Both the position numbers and the translations under genes were made by a program. A stretch of 64,000 nt of DNA. Origin: Eledone cirrhosa. Taxonomy: Eukaryota. Position 1 is the stretch's first letter; each line of letters begins with the position of its first letter. Location of the stretch: positions 9,796,001 to 9,860,000 of the forward strand of contig OZ024746.1 of the NCBI GenBank assembly GCA_964016885.1, read 5' to 3'. The notes beneath the pieces were generated by a model. That model was not told the origin of the DNA. It did not search any database and saw only the letters and a list, made by a program, of their open reading frames with translations. Below, piece by piece: positions 1-13,048 of this stretch.

Positions 1-849
1 GGTAGTGGTACTGTGAGAGGTGGTGTCACAGCTGAGAGAGGTGGTGGTACTGTGGGAGGTGGTGTCACACCTGGGAGAGGTAGTGGTACTGGGAGAGGTG
101 GTGTCACAGCTGGGAGAGGTAGTGGTACTGTGGGAGGTGGTGTCACAGCTGGGAGAGGTGGTGGTACTGTGGGAGGTCGAGTCACACCTGGGAGAGGTAG
201 TGGTACTGGGAGAGGTGGTGTCATAGCTGGGAGAGGTAGTGGTACTGTGGGAGGTGGTGTCACAGCTGGGAGAGGTGGTGGTACTGTGGGAGGTCGAGTC
301 ACACCTGGGAGAGGTAGTGGTACTGGGAGAGGTGGTGTCACAGCTGGGAGAGGTAGTGGTACTGTGGGAGGTGGTGTCACAGCTGGGAGAGGTGGTGGTA
401 CTGTGGGAGGTCGAGTCACACCTGGGAGAGGTGGTGGTACTGTGGGAGGTGGTGTCACGGCTGGGAGAGGTGGTTTCACAGCTGGGAGAGGTGGTGGTAC
501 TGTGGGAGGTGGTGTCACAGCTGGGAGAGGTGGTGGTACTGTGGGAGGTGGTGTCACAGCTGGGAGAGGTGGTTTCACAGCTGGGAGAGGTGGTGGTACT
601 GTGGGAGGTGGTGTCACAGCTGGGAGAGGTGGTGTCACAGCTGGGAGAGGTGGTGGTACTGTGGGAGGTGGTGTCACAGCTGGGAGAGGTGGTGGTACTG
701 TGGGAGGTGGTGTCACAGCTGGGAGAGGTGGTGGTACTTTGGGAGGTGGTGTCACAGCTGGGAGAGGTGGTGTCACAGCTGGGAGAGGTGGTGGTACTTT
801 GGGAGGTGGTGTCACAGCTGGGAGAGGTGGTGTCACAGCTGGGAGAGGT
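1..849. repeat. G-rich minisatellite (39/21/18-bp units, 117-bp higher-order repeat)
   Basis: Unit gggagaggtggtggtactgtgggaggtggtgtcacagct. The variant acacct recurs at 67, 184, 301 and 418. Confidence 0.95.
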
Positions 850-1021
850 TGTCTTCTTCAATACTAAATGTTCAAAGAATCTTTCATCTATTTCTGCTGC
901 AATGAATATCTGACAAATAAGAAAAATGGAAAGAAATATATAAATATATAAAAACAACTAATCCAAAAATGGTTTTATTTTTAGTATTTTGTCACTGACA
1001 CTCTTCATTAAAGATACAAAA

Positions 1022-1167
1022 TACTACTATAATTACTACTACTACTACTACTACTATTACTACTATACAACTTCTGGTGTTGCTACTACTACTACTATTA
1101 CTACTACTACAACCTCTGGTGTTGTTACTACTACTACTTCTACTACTACTACTACTACTACTACTAT

Positions 1168-1200
<33 letters not shown>

Positions 1201-1257
1201 TACTACTACTACTACTACTATTACTACTACTACTATTCAAATACTACTACTACTACA
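1022..1257. repeat. (ACT)n microsatellite
   Basis: Visible trinucleotide array. Confidence 0.95.
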
Positions 1258-1307
1258 GCTAATAACAATAATAAAAATGATGATTTCTTTTAAGAATGTT
1301 AATCATA

Positions 1308-1497
1308 ATAATTGTTTCTACTTTTGGCACAAGGTCAGCAATTATCCAGTGTATTACTGGTACTTTATTTTATCGACCCCGTAAGGATGAAAGGCAAAGT
1401 CAACCTCGGCGGGATTTGAACTCAGATCGTAAAGGGACGTAACTATGCTAGAAAGCATGGCGTCCGACCCTCTACCTATACTGCCAATCCACCGCCC
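1308..1497 (-). mobile_element. tRNA-derived SINE, family A
   Basis: Reverse complement of the 49799-49985 copy. A-box-like tggcagtat, B-box gagttcaaatcc, core ctttcatccttacggggtcgataaaataaagtaccag. Confidence 0.85.
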
Positions 1498-1941
1498 TTC
1501 ATAATAATAATAATGATAACAATAATAACGATGATGATGATGATGATAAAGTAATGGCAATATCAATATTTCATACCAGGAATATGATATTTTTGTACAA
1601 AAAGTTCTTAAAAACTGTTACTGAGTACAAGATAACAAGCTACAAGATTCGTGTATAGATAGCGATATATGTATATGTATATAGAGATATGTATGTACTT
1701 ATGTGTGTATATATATATATGTGTATGTAGATACATATGTATTCATATACATATGTATTTATGGATGTATTTATATGCAAATACGTATGTATATACACAT
1801 ATGTATGTATATACACATATGTATTTATATGCAAATATGTATGTATATACACATATGTATGTATTTATGTGTGTATCTATATGTGTTTGTAGATATGTAT
1901 GTGTTCATGTGTATATATAGATACATATGCATTTATGTATA

Positions 1942-1990
<49 letters not shown>

Positions 1991-2296
1991 CACATACATA
2001 CTAATGAGTCAATTATTGGATTATGTTGTGGTTATTGCAATTATGCTTTATCTGAAAACTATTTCTTCGGTTTCTCATTAATTATTATTATTCTTATCAG
2101 AGCTTTTTTTGTTTTAGTTTTTTTCTCTTACTTCAATCTTTTCTGTCTCATATTTTTTTAGTTTGGGATTCAATTAAGTATTTTTATTGTTTTGTTTCTC
2201 TATCCCTTCTTGCTTATAATTTATCATCTTAGATATCACTATCAGAAGTATTACTTTGTCATTGAAACTCCCTAGTCATATTTAGATATAACAGGT

Positions 2297-2483
2297 CATA
2301 TTTTGAGTTCAGATCCCTTGGAATATGAATGGGTTTAGCTATTCAGATATCAAGCACTAGATGACAACCACAGAGTCACCAAGAGGTATTTAGTTATAAC
2401 ACATATTTTGAGTTCAGATCCCTTGGAATATGAAGGGGTTTAGCTATTCAGATATCAGGCACTAGATGACACAGATTCACCAA
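2297..2483. repeat. Tandem duplication, about 105-bp period
   Basis: catattttgagttcagatcccttggaatatgaa...cactagatgaca at 2297 and 2402. Confidence 0.85.
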
Positions 2484-4629
2484 GTCTTTCCTTTAAATTG
2501 ATTTTTAACTTGTCATTTTTAAGTGTCTGGTATTCCAGCTTCACCTTTAAGTGTTTCTGCCCAGGAGTCTATGATCTCCAGTGTCTGGTAGTCAAGCTAG
2601 ACTGGTTGCTGCTATGTCTTGCCAATAATTATCACATTCATCTTTTCATTGCTGCAAGGTTGTTAAACACATCTTTCATTCAAGGAAGCCAGACTTAAGT
2701 CAATTAGACCATTTGCTACAAATTGAGCACTGCGCCTTTAGTGGCCCTGCACTTAAGGGATCCCCAAGCTGAAGCAATCTACTCATGGCTTGTCAGGTAA
2801 ACATAGCAACGCATTGCAATATGTATGTAACAGCCAATTGGACCCCATACCTTTTAAGGCAGTTTATGCATGCATTACTATAGCTGTGGTACTAAAGACG
2901 TTTCCCTGTCCTTCTTTTAAGCCAGGAGTTGCAGCAACTACTTGTGGTCAACATCATCAATATTTAGAAGGCCTTTGACAGAATACATGGCAAGTCTCTT
3001 TGCAACATTGTTGCTCTGTATAGAGTGCCTACCCACTATATCATCAGCAATGACTTTCACTGCATCAGAACCCAAACTGTTACCATAAGCCTTTAATAAA
3101 TATTCTCTATGACAACAGGATTCTTGTCTCCTCAGGGATACAAACTTAATCTAAATGATTTTAATAATGTTCAGCCCTATACAGCACTTCCAGTTTTCTA
3201 GTATTTTGGTTTTTATTGCCTTATCTTGGTATAGGTCATGATCATGTCTTCGATTGAAAATTATTCATTTAAAAACATCAAAGTTAATTAGGACATTGAT
3301 TGACTATTTCCATGTTATGCCATTCAGACCTCTGGTACCTTCGTCCCCTCACTACAATTTTCCTCTACTAAATTGGGACAAAGTATTTTGTCTGAGAAAG
3401 GCATACCATGAAATGAAATGGCTGATGCAGTGGGTATCATTGGTTGTTCTCCTTGGCAATGCTTTCACCATCTTGTCTTTGGAATGCAACTGAGATACTT
3501 TATCCAGCCAAGAATTAATAATTTGCCATTTTTCATTTATCTCCCCAACCTTTTTGCTTTCTTTCCTTTTATCTTTTTTCTTTTTATCTTTTCTTTTCTT
3601 TTCTTTTTTTTCTTTTTTGTTATTATAATATTGTAAACATATTTCGAAAATTAGGGAGATTTACAAATCTTATAAGAAAAAATATCATATTTGAAAAAAT
3701 TTGAACTTATATTACCTGATTTCAAGATTGGTGCTTTTTGTAGTTGTACATTATTGATATCATTTGTCATTACATTGTCATTACATGTCAAAACCCAATT
3801 CCTGTTGTTCAATATTGCTACAATGTTGTACTTTTTACATAATTGTTAAAACAAAGTGGACATATTTTGTATAAATCATTTGTCACTCCTATAAAAAAAA
3901 CACTGGACATCTTTTTTTTTATTATTATTTTGCAGTTGAAAATCCACTTGTAGAAAAGAGACAGTTGTTGTGTTTGTCTTCAAAAACAAATATCCATTAA
4001 TTATTAATGTATTGTTCTTAAAGTGTATATTGTTTTAAATATTTTAATATTGATTCTCAGTTTCCAATTAAATTCACATGTTCAAAGATGATTTTATGAA
4101 AATTAGATTTCTTTCATTTATTATTTATTATCACTTACACGCACACATGCAAATGCAAACACAAATGCACACACACATACGCACACACAAACACACACAC
4201 AAGCACAAACACACACACATACAAAAGACACACGCATGCACACACAGATTCATTCTTAGTATTGGTGGTCATGAAAATGAGTACTCAATGTCATAGTAGA
4301 GATTGATATAGTCTTTATTAAAGCCAAGCTTGAATCTTGATACTCTGGAGTTTATCTTGTGTAGTCACAGTTTTGTAAAGAGAAACTTAATAAAGAATAT
4401 AAAATATATATACAAGCATGAAAAAAACCAATGTAAAGGGACAATGATGACATATATGGTTGTGGACTTTTTATGAGTAAAATTGATTTACTTTAGTCTG
4501 TTTAGCTTATATCCCCCTCAAATCAGGGTTTTGGATTAGGTTTAATATGTTTAATTACTTTTCTGATTTGATAATTTATCTATATATCATTGAGACCTCC
4601 AAGTATTAGAGACAAAGAATTTTTTAATT

Positions 4630-4662
<33 letters not shown>

Positions 4663-4663
<1 letters not shown>

Positions 4664-4870
4664 GAAGGTGTGTGGCTGATTGGTTAGAGAACTGGATTCG
4701 CAATTGTGAGGTTGTCAGTTCGATTCCTCAACCAGGCGATGAGTTATGTCCTTGAGCAAGACACTTTATTTCACGTTGCTCCTTCTACCTGGAGTTGTGA
4801 CCGATAGATAGTATTAGCAATTGGAAAGACCAACAGAAACATTGTTTCCTTGGTCCGATTTGACGAAAGT
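4663..4870 (+). mobile_element. tRNA-derived SINE, family C (related copy at about 35122-35260)
   Basis: tggctgattggttagag...gttcgattcc head and tgtccttgagcaagacact core. The 3' part aaacattgtttcc.tggtcc is shared with the 35.2-kb copy. Confidence 0.7.
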
Positions 4871-5003
4871 TGATCGACAAAATAAAAATAATATATATAT
4901 ATATATAAATTTTGTTAAAATATACATTATTTATCTGTGTGTGTGTATAAATTTTGGTAATATATATATATATATATTTATTAATTTTTTTTCTCATTTG
5001 CAG

Positions 5004-5286
5004 GAAAATGAATGTGAGCCCATATTACAAACCTCGATTCGGAGACTACATTTGCAGTAAACCGGGTGAATCAGGAATGCGAAAATGTTCGAATTTACCC
5101 TTATTTTCTTATGAAGGTATCAAGTGCAATGCAAGTGCCAAGGCCAACAATAACAATAATCCTGCAAATGATTCTTGTGTCAACTGGAATCAGTATTACA
5201 CAATTTGCCAAACAGGGGACAAAAATCCATTTAGGGGGGCAATATCTTTTGATAATATAGGTTTAGCATGGGTTGCCATTTTTCAG
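5004..5286 (+). CDS. Cav3: Cav3 T-type calcium channel exon: domain I S5-P extracellular turret to P-helix
   Basis: Acceptor tttgcag|G and donor CAG|gtgagt. Translates KMNVSPYYKP...DYICS...CVNWNQYYTICQTGDKNPFRGAISFDNIGLAWVAIFQ, the Cav3 domain I turret motif. Ends in phase 0. Confidence 0.95.
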
Positions 5287-6879
5287 GTGAGTTTTTTTCA
5301 ATCATTAATTTCAATATTTTTTGTACTTTCTTGTTTTGATAGTATTACTAACTCTGATATATCTGTTTGAATATGTTTTTCTTCTAGATACTCTTCTTCA
5401 TTCCAATCACTCCTCTGTATAACAAAAAGGAAGCTTATTTTTCAATATGGCATCTCACAGTCACCTTAAATGAATGTTATTCATTTTCATTTTGTATATA
5501 TTAAGAAGTGGAATGACAGAGCCATTAGAGCATTGGATAGAATGCCATGTGATGTTCTTTCCAGCTCTCTACATTTGAGTTCAAATCCCACTGAGGTCAA
5601 TGTTGCCTTTCATCCTTTCAAGACCAATAATTCTCAATACCAGTCTGGTACTGGGACCAATTCGTCTTTGTCTCCCTTTCCTTGTCTCTTTCTGGAAGAA
5701 ATTAGACATGGTCAGCCCAAGAGAGAGAGATAGGCTGCTCCATGTTTCGATATCCAAGAAATACTGTTTGTCATGATGGCACACTTAATATAGTACTCGG
5801 CACCATGTACCAATATTTAGCAACACTACAGAAAAAGTAATGATATGTAGAAATACTACTAAGCACAGACATCCCTAGTTAACAACTCTGAGCAGAAAAT
5901 TGTAGCAAAACATTGAAGCACTATTCAGTACACATACCAGTAATTAGCAACCAGGTGCAGAAATATCAGAAAAATATAGGAATGGTACTCAGCACGTGTG
6001 TCTTGGCTCTTCATTGGATATAGAAATTCTGCTAAGCACAGATGCTATTAGTTAGCAATGCTGCACAGAAAAAGTAGCAACAAAATTTTAAAATATTTCT
6101 TAGTAAAAAAAAAAGTTTTTTCTTTTTTTCCCTTTTCTAAGACATGCAAAAATTATTTTCATTCACATGAAATTAAACAGTAATATCATAAAACACATTT
6201 TCCTCATTGTATTAACACTTATTGGATATGACTGACCCTTAAATGCTGAAATGAAATATTTCCATTGTATATATATATTTTTATAAAGCATAGGTTGTCA
6301 GTTATTGGAGCTCAGTTGCAGATTATAGTCCCCCCCCTCCCCAGTACTCACCATATTTAGCTTTTACATCTTTTTTGTTATTTTTTTCATATTTATTTTT
6401 CAATTTTATTTATTTTTTTAATCAACTCATAACAACTTGAGGTGACAATTTTCAATTAAACTCCAAAATCGATATTTTTTTTTATCAGGGACATAGCTTG
6501 GAGTTAGTGTTTTTTTATTGTTTTTGTTTGTTTGTTTACTTTTTATATATTTTTAGTTTTGTATTTATGTATATTCATTTATTTATTTATTTGTTTATTT
6601 TGTACGTTTAATTTGAAATTTCAGTAAAATCTAAAACTGATGATGGCATTGTTTTCACTAGACTAGCTACAAAGAATTATAAATATTTGCATTATTCTTG
6701 AAATTATTTAAAGAAACCATCCACAATCAATTAAACAATGTTAACTAGGTTTTGTAGAAACTTTACACGAATAAGTTTATCGTTTATTCTCTGGGCTAAA
6801 AAATAGAACAAATAATTCCAAACTACTTTTTAATCCACCTCCCTTTTATACACACACATCTATATATATATATATATAT

Positions 6880-7258
6880 ACAATATACAAATGGAAACTA
6901 TATTTATAAAACCACATTTATTTCATTATACATATTTCAAGAGCCACCAAGGCAGATTATGGTGCACTTTCATCAGATAAAATATAATATAGATTAGTTT
7001 TATAAATAAATATTGACATACCCTGAAAAATGCAACCTTCACGGTTGGAGTCTCCTGGATAGTGGCCTTGGTGGCCCTTGAAATATGTATAATGAAATAA
7101 ATATGGTTTTATAAATATAGTTTCCATTTGTTAATATATTGTATATTTACTCCAAAAATTTGTTGAGTGCTTTATATCAGTTATAAAAATATTTTGCTTG
7201 TTGTATCCCAACAAATATTTTGCTTGTTGTATCCCAACAAATTAAATATAACCTCTAC
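6880..7258. mobile_element. Fold-back element family H1 in (TA)n, copy 1
   Basis: Inverted arms at about 6880-6952 and 7065-7143 plus a unique tail. Homologous to 51379-51738. Confidence 0.85.
6919..6984 (-). ncRNA. Minimal type I hammerhead ribozyme motif (H1)
   Basis: Minus strand: tattttat-CTGATGA-aagtgcacca..tggtggctctt-GAAA-tatgta-TA-atgaaata. Confidence 0.7.
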
Positions 7259-7289
<31 letters not shown>

Positions 7290-7498
7290 TAATGTAACTG
7301 TGCAATTTCATCTGTGTACTCACATGATCATGTCTTATCTGATGATCATGTGAATCTGCAGGTGAAGCTTCAGAGTAACAACACTCAGTACTCAGCCATA
7401 ATAAATGAATATTTAAACAAACTCTACTTTAATATTGAGTGATCTTTTTGCTTGTCCATCAACCACATACGAATATATATATATATATTAGAAAAAGT

Positions 7499-7616
7499 AA
7501 TTGTTTCTACTTTTGGCACAAGGCCAGCAATTACCCAGTGTATTACTGGTACATTATTTTATCGACCCATGTAAGGATGAAAGGCAAAGTTAAACTCGGC
7601 AGGATTTGAACTCAGA
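7499..7616 (-). mobile_element. SINE family A, 5'-truncated
   Basis: Matches the 3' half of family A up to the B-box. Confidence 0.8.
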
Positions 7617-7938
7617 CCATTGGCCTTGCAATCGAAAGGTTGTGAGTTCAATTCTCAGACCGGGTGATGTGTTGTTTCCTTGAGCAAGACACTTTATTTC
7701 ACATTGCTCCAGTTTACTCAGCTGCAGAAATGAGATGATAGGGACTGGGGTCCCTATCATTCCACTGCAAAGTGGTCGTGGAAGTGCCACGGAAAAAAAG
7801 CAGCCAGCACTCACTGTAAATGAGGTTTGTGTTAGGAAGGGCATCCAGCTGTAGAAATCAAGCCAGAATCAGTTCCTGTCCCACCCTTGCAAGCGCGGAA
7901 AAGTGGAAGTAAAATGATGATGATGATGATGATGATGA
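7617..7938 (+). mobile_element. SINE family B, 5'-truncated, (GAT)n tail
   Basis: Matches 42644-42996 from cattggccttgcaatcg onward. Confidence 0.85.
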
Positions 7939-7950
7939 TATATATATATA

Positions 7951-8153
7951 AGAAAGTGAGGTTTTTTTACAAAATGAAAAAAAACGCGGTCTCCTACACG
8001 AGTGAAAGTATAAGGAAAAAATATGATATCGAAAATGCAACTGGAGTCTTTTTTTATAAAAATATATATTTATTTGGTTCCTTTACCGGTTTCGCAGTTC
8101 TTCTGCTTTTCAAAAGTAGAATTGAGATAGAGGGTTTGTGGTTTTTCTCACAT
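7951..8153 (-). mobile_element. Element family H2 in (TA)n with hammerhead motif at 8080-8117 (-)
   Basis: Homologous to 30761-30973 and 43586-43781. Minus strand: ctt-TTGAAAA-gcag-aagaa-ctgc-GAAA-ccgg-TA-aagg. Confidence 0.8.
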
Positions 8154-9991
8154 ACATATATATATATATATATTCCAGAGAAGAGACTATTAGTTCCTAA
8201 CAGAGAATTGGAGATTTTTCTTTTGAAAACCAAGGATTCAGCTGTAAAATAGAATTAAAAATAAAATGGAAAACTTATTCTTCTCAAGCCAGAAGGAGAA
8301 TATTCATAAAATCTTTAGATTTTATATTTTTCTTTGAATTTATGTTGATTACTTATTTGGAAAGAAAGACCAGTGTACCTGATCCTTTTCAGAACTTCTA
8401 AAACTGTAGGAGAGAATGAGGCAGGCTTCCTCAAGCTAGAGTCATGGATTGAATGCTAACAACAGATGGAACTCTGCAAAAGGCACCATGGAGTAAAGTG
8501 TTAGTGTTAAACTGGGTGATGGATTAAGTCTACTACAAAAGTACACCACAGCTGGAACAAATATTGCAAAGCATTCCATCCAGTGTATTAACTATTCCAC
8601 TAGTCGACCACTATCAATTGATATTTTATTTATCGACTCCATATTGAGGAAAAATAAAGTTGACTTCAGTAGAATTTGAACTCAGAACACAAAGACCTGG
8701 AATATGTACTGCAAGACATTTTGACTGACACTGTAACACTTCTTCCAATTTGCAGTTATACAAATTTAAATTTCAGATTTTCGTAGCTGAAATTTAACTG
8801 TAGTTTGCAGTTTTGTACCTTTCCATGTGCCAACTGTGTCATATAGTATAATAGGATTATTTTCTATTTTTCTGACAAACAACAAAGCAGGAAGATTAAG
8901 ATACATTCTTCAAAGATATAATCCAATGCTTGTATTAGGCTATAAAACTATTTTGATTAATCATCCTAGTTTGCTGACCTCCTTAACCTAGTTAAAATTG
9001 AAATATTTCACAAAAGTAGAAGTTTAAATGAAAAGTTTTGAATGTTAACCCTTTTGTAGTTCTTCTTACTCTATAGGTATGTAAACATTATCATATTGTT
9101 TTAACTGAACACAGACTCACAGTAACATAAATAATTTTAACAAAGGATTAGATAATGTCATAAATATTAAACTGTATTGTAGAACAGACAAATATAATTA
9201 TTGGCTGTTGTTATCGAACCCTAGGTCAGATTTGATTGAACAAACCTCTGATCAAAAGCATTCTAGTCATGGCTATCTATCTTTCTAGGGGAATCTAAGA
9301 CTAATGTTAGTGGGATGTAATTCAAGGCAGAGTTTACTGCTATATTTAGCAGTTGGAACAATCCCAGAAATACTCTCTTGTCGGTTTGCAATCATCATAA
9401 ATTATAAGCCATTTTGTATGCTTTCATGAACTTAGAGGTGACATTTTTCTAAATTGCCATCTTTATACCATTCTGAAGGAAGATAATGCAGCATTTCAGA
9501 TGCTTTGTTATGGCTGTTTTACTTCATATGAATCTTCTTTTTAATATAAATATAAAGGCTTTGTTTGAACAATCTTTTTCTGTCTAAGATGTTATGCCTT
9601 TCTCTATCTTTGTGTGTGTATGTGTGTGTGTGTGCACATGCGTGAGTAAATTAATAAATCTTGTTGAAAATAAAACTTTTCAATAGCTACTAAAGCAATA
9701 TTAACTGTTCAGTTATCCAGTTATGTATATCAAATTCTATGGCAAAATGAATTTTTTATTGTTTAACTGGAATTGCCTGGGCAGACATCTTGCATAGCTT
9801 CATAGTGTGTGCGTGTATACATCTGACTGTTAGTGTGTGTTTGTATGTGTTAGGTATATGTATATTTATGTGTATTATGAATGCAGGTGTCTATTAATAT
9901 TCAAAAGTTTACCTCATAAATATTCATTCATTGACTTCTTATAAATATTCATTATGATTCATTATGTCTCTCTTTCTTTCTTCTGTTGCAG

Positions 9992-10084
9992 GTTATAAGT
10001 TTAGAGAGCTGGGTAAACATTATGTACTATGTACAGGATGCACACTCATTTTGGGACTGGGTCTATTTTGTAGCACTGATAGTG
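9992..10084 (+). CDS. Cav3: Cav3 exon: domain I selectivity filter and start of S6
   Basis: ctgttgcag|GTT...GTG|gtaagt, 93 nt. Translates VISLESWVNIMYYVQDAHSFWDWVYFVALIV, in frame with both neighbouring exons. This is a different frame from the ORF track entry. Confidence 0.96.
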
Positions 10085-12998
10085 GTAAGTATCAAATAAC
10101 AATCAATACTGCTATAATATTTTCATTGCAAATAAATGATAAATAGATTAAAAATGAAAATTATTGTCCATTAATAAGAACACTATATGAAAACAATATC
10201 TGTTTCTTAGTCTGATGTATATAATGAATGTCAATAGGGGCATCACAATTTAGTAAATACATATTATCTTATGTTATGATATCAGTGTAGTTAAGTTAAT
10301 ATTGTGTGTGGCTTTAGTATTAAAGAAACTATTTCTGAGTTTAAAGAAAGAAAATGATATTTCTGTGTGATCAAGTTTGATTTGCATCTAAGTTGTTCTG
10401 GGTTTTATTCCATAGCACAGTTCCTTGGGCAAATGTGATTTAATATAACCTGCAGTTGTGAGTGGGATTCCATAGACAGAAACTGCACTGAGGTGTGTAG
10501 CGTACATATCATCATCTTCATTCAATCTCCACCATACCATCCTGACATAGGTTGGACAGTGTTTTATGATCGGATACCTTTCCATGTCAGACAGAAACAT
10601 GGTGAATTTATTTTACAACTAAGATACAACATATCTATATATGTGTGTGGGTGGGTGTCTTTTGACAATGAATAGTGTCAAAAGATGAAAATATCAGTGA
10701 GAAAGCCAATAAACCAATGCTTTTGATTTACATCCCTTGTGATATATGTTTACATCCCTTGTGATATATGCTTCATTTTTCCAAACACTCCCTTGTCATT
10801 CCCACCTCCAGTATTTCAGCGATCCATTGGAAATCTGTAACTAACTATTGTTCACAAAATGTGACTTAAAATAATAAAAAGATATGAAATATAAAATAAA
10901 GCAATATAATACATACCAGAGGAGCTTTAATTTAGCAAAGAAATATTGTCTTCTATATGATATTAGTGTTATCTAGTTAACTTGGTGTTTATCTTTAGTT
11001 CCTAGGAGACCAATTGTCTTGAAGAAACACAATGAAATTTCTGTTCTTATTAAACTTTTTTGACATTGTGTCATCAAGTACAAAATGTGTTGCACTATAT
11101 GCTTGTTACATTTGTTGCTAACAACTTTTATGTTCAGATGTGAGATTTCTTTTCTCCACATTCTACAACTACATTATCCTCATGATTCTTAAACAAAACA
11201 TATTAGATGGAAAGAAAAAAATAACTTTGCTATATTTTTTTTTAATCTGGTAAGAGACCTGTCAAGTATGTGTTGAAGATTGTGAACTATTGACCCACCA
11301 TTCATTAGTTCAATCTAGCTACAATATGTGTCATGTTTAGAGTAACTTATTCTATTTGCTTTATTCAATATAGTTGCAGATAGGTACCAGCTTTTAGTTG
11401 CCTATTTGGCATTAGAAAGAATTGCATTTCAGCATTTCAGGCAAATATCCAAAATCCTTTACTAATATACAAACAGTAGATGTAAAAATACAAAAGTAAA
11501 AAGAAAACTATTTCATTATGCATACATGAAATACATTTAATCAATTTAGATCACTTTTATTGAGTGAAAATAATAATCCTTAAATATTTGTTTAAGTTTC
11601 CCATTTAACAATATAATTTACTTCAGTAATATTGACTTAATTTAAATAATATCAATTGTTCCTTGATTCCCAAACATCAACTATGTAGTTTTAGTGTCTT
11701 CCTACTACTTTGTCAGATCCAAATGCAATTTTCACAATACATTTGTACTTTAGAATTGCAGTGATTCAAGAGTAAATCCTGTTTTAAAATATGCTATTCA
11801 ATTTATATAATTGTACAATATATTGATTCCATTTTAAAATGAAATGTTCCAGTAGTTTTGATTCATTTTACTTTCTATAATGTGATGAGTTAGCATGTTA
11901 ATGTAACAACTGAAAAGGTATATGACCATCAATGTAACATTATAGATCATTTTAATCTATTTGTGATGCAGCAATCAATAGTATGGTGTAGAGTGGGAAG
12001 AGCAAAATGGTTTACACCTTGATGAAAAGACTTCATAAATTTTGATAGTTATTTTATTTAAATATTTCTCTATTCTGAATGTAATTGGGACATGTTTCAA
12101 GTGTATTAAATTATGTAAAGCAAAGATGGAAAACAAACAGATTCTTTGTAGTTTGACTAAGAGTCTGGAATATTTCTAATTGTGAATATTTCTTCATTCT
12201 TCATAACAATCATATTTTATTCTATTTTTGTGCTGGAATTTTGCCTGGAATAATAAAAGATGTGCCATTAACCTTCATTAATTTTCACTGTTCTCAACTG
12301 AACAGGTGGGAGTTTAGATAGAAATAAACAAACATGCAATTGTTCACATTATGACAAAGAAGAGAGGAAGAGAAAGAGAGAGAAATGTGTACATAATTGA
12401 GCATTTATAGATTTAGGTGAAAATGATATGGATATATAACTTCAAATCAAACTCCAGCAGTAAGCATTGAGACAATGACTATCGGCAGCCTTGTGACTAT
12501 GGTTACCACAAGTAGGCTGCCATTTTTATTCCCAGCTTCTTGAATATATAGATTCACCATGTACAGATAGGTAGAAAGAGTTACCAAGAAAATATGGGAA
12601 ATAATTATTCGATATTAATTATATTTCCTTCTTTTCTAATATTACCCAAAATGACATTTTAACCAATCAGAAGAATTCATTATGGAAAGAATTTAAAACT
12701 ATATCATTAGAAATTAATAGCAAGCAGCATAAAAAATTTGGCATAAACATAAAATAGAGAGCGATATCTGGTATATGAAAATTTAACAGTAAAATGAACA
12801 TTGTTATGCTTGACATTGTAATCTAAGATATTTTAATGAAAGCTATCATTTTCTAGGTGATATGGAATATATAAGTGCAGGCATGGCTATGTGGTAAAAT
12901 TGCTCAGTATGCAAATTAGGCTAATCAGCCAATGTATACATGAGGCTGTCTACTTGCAAACAAACTGAATATTAATATTATTATTATTATTTGCTCAC

Positions 12999-13048
<50 letters not shown>

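Noticed and set aside
13-913. Gly-rich and EVV-repeat ORFs
   Set aside because: Products of a minisatellite whose units are multiples of 3. No splice context or similarity to Cav3.
2500-3540. Possible decayed LINE endonuclease on the minus strand (CLSQTK-like string)
   Set aside because: Too many stops and too few motifs to support a call without a profile search.
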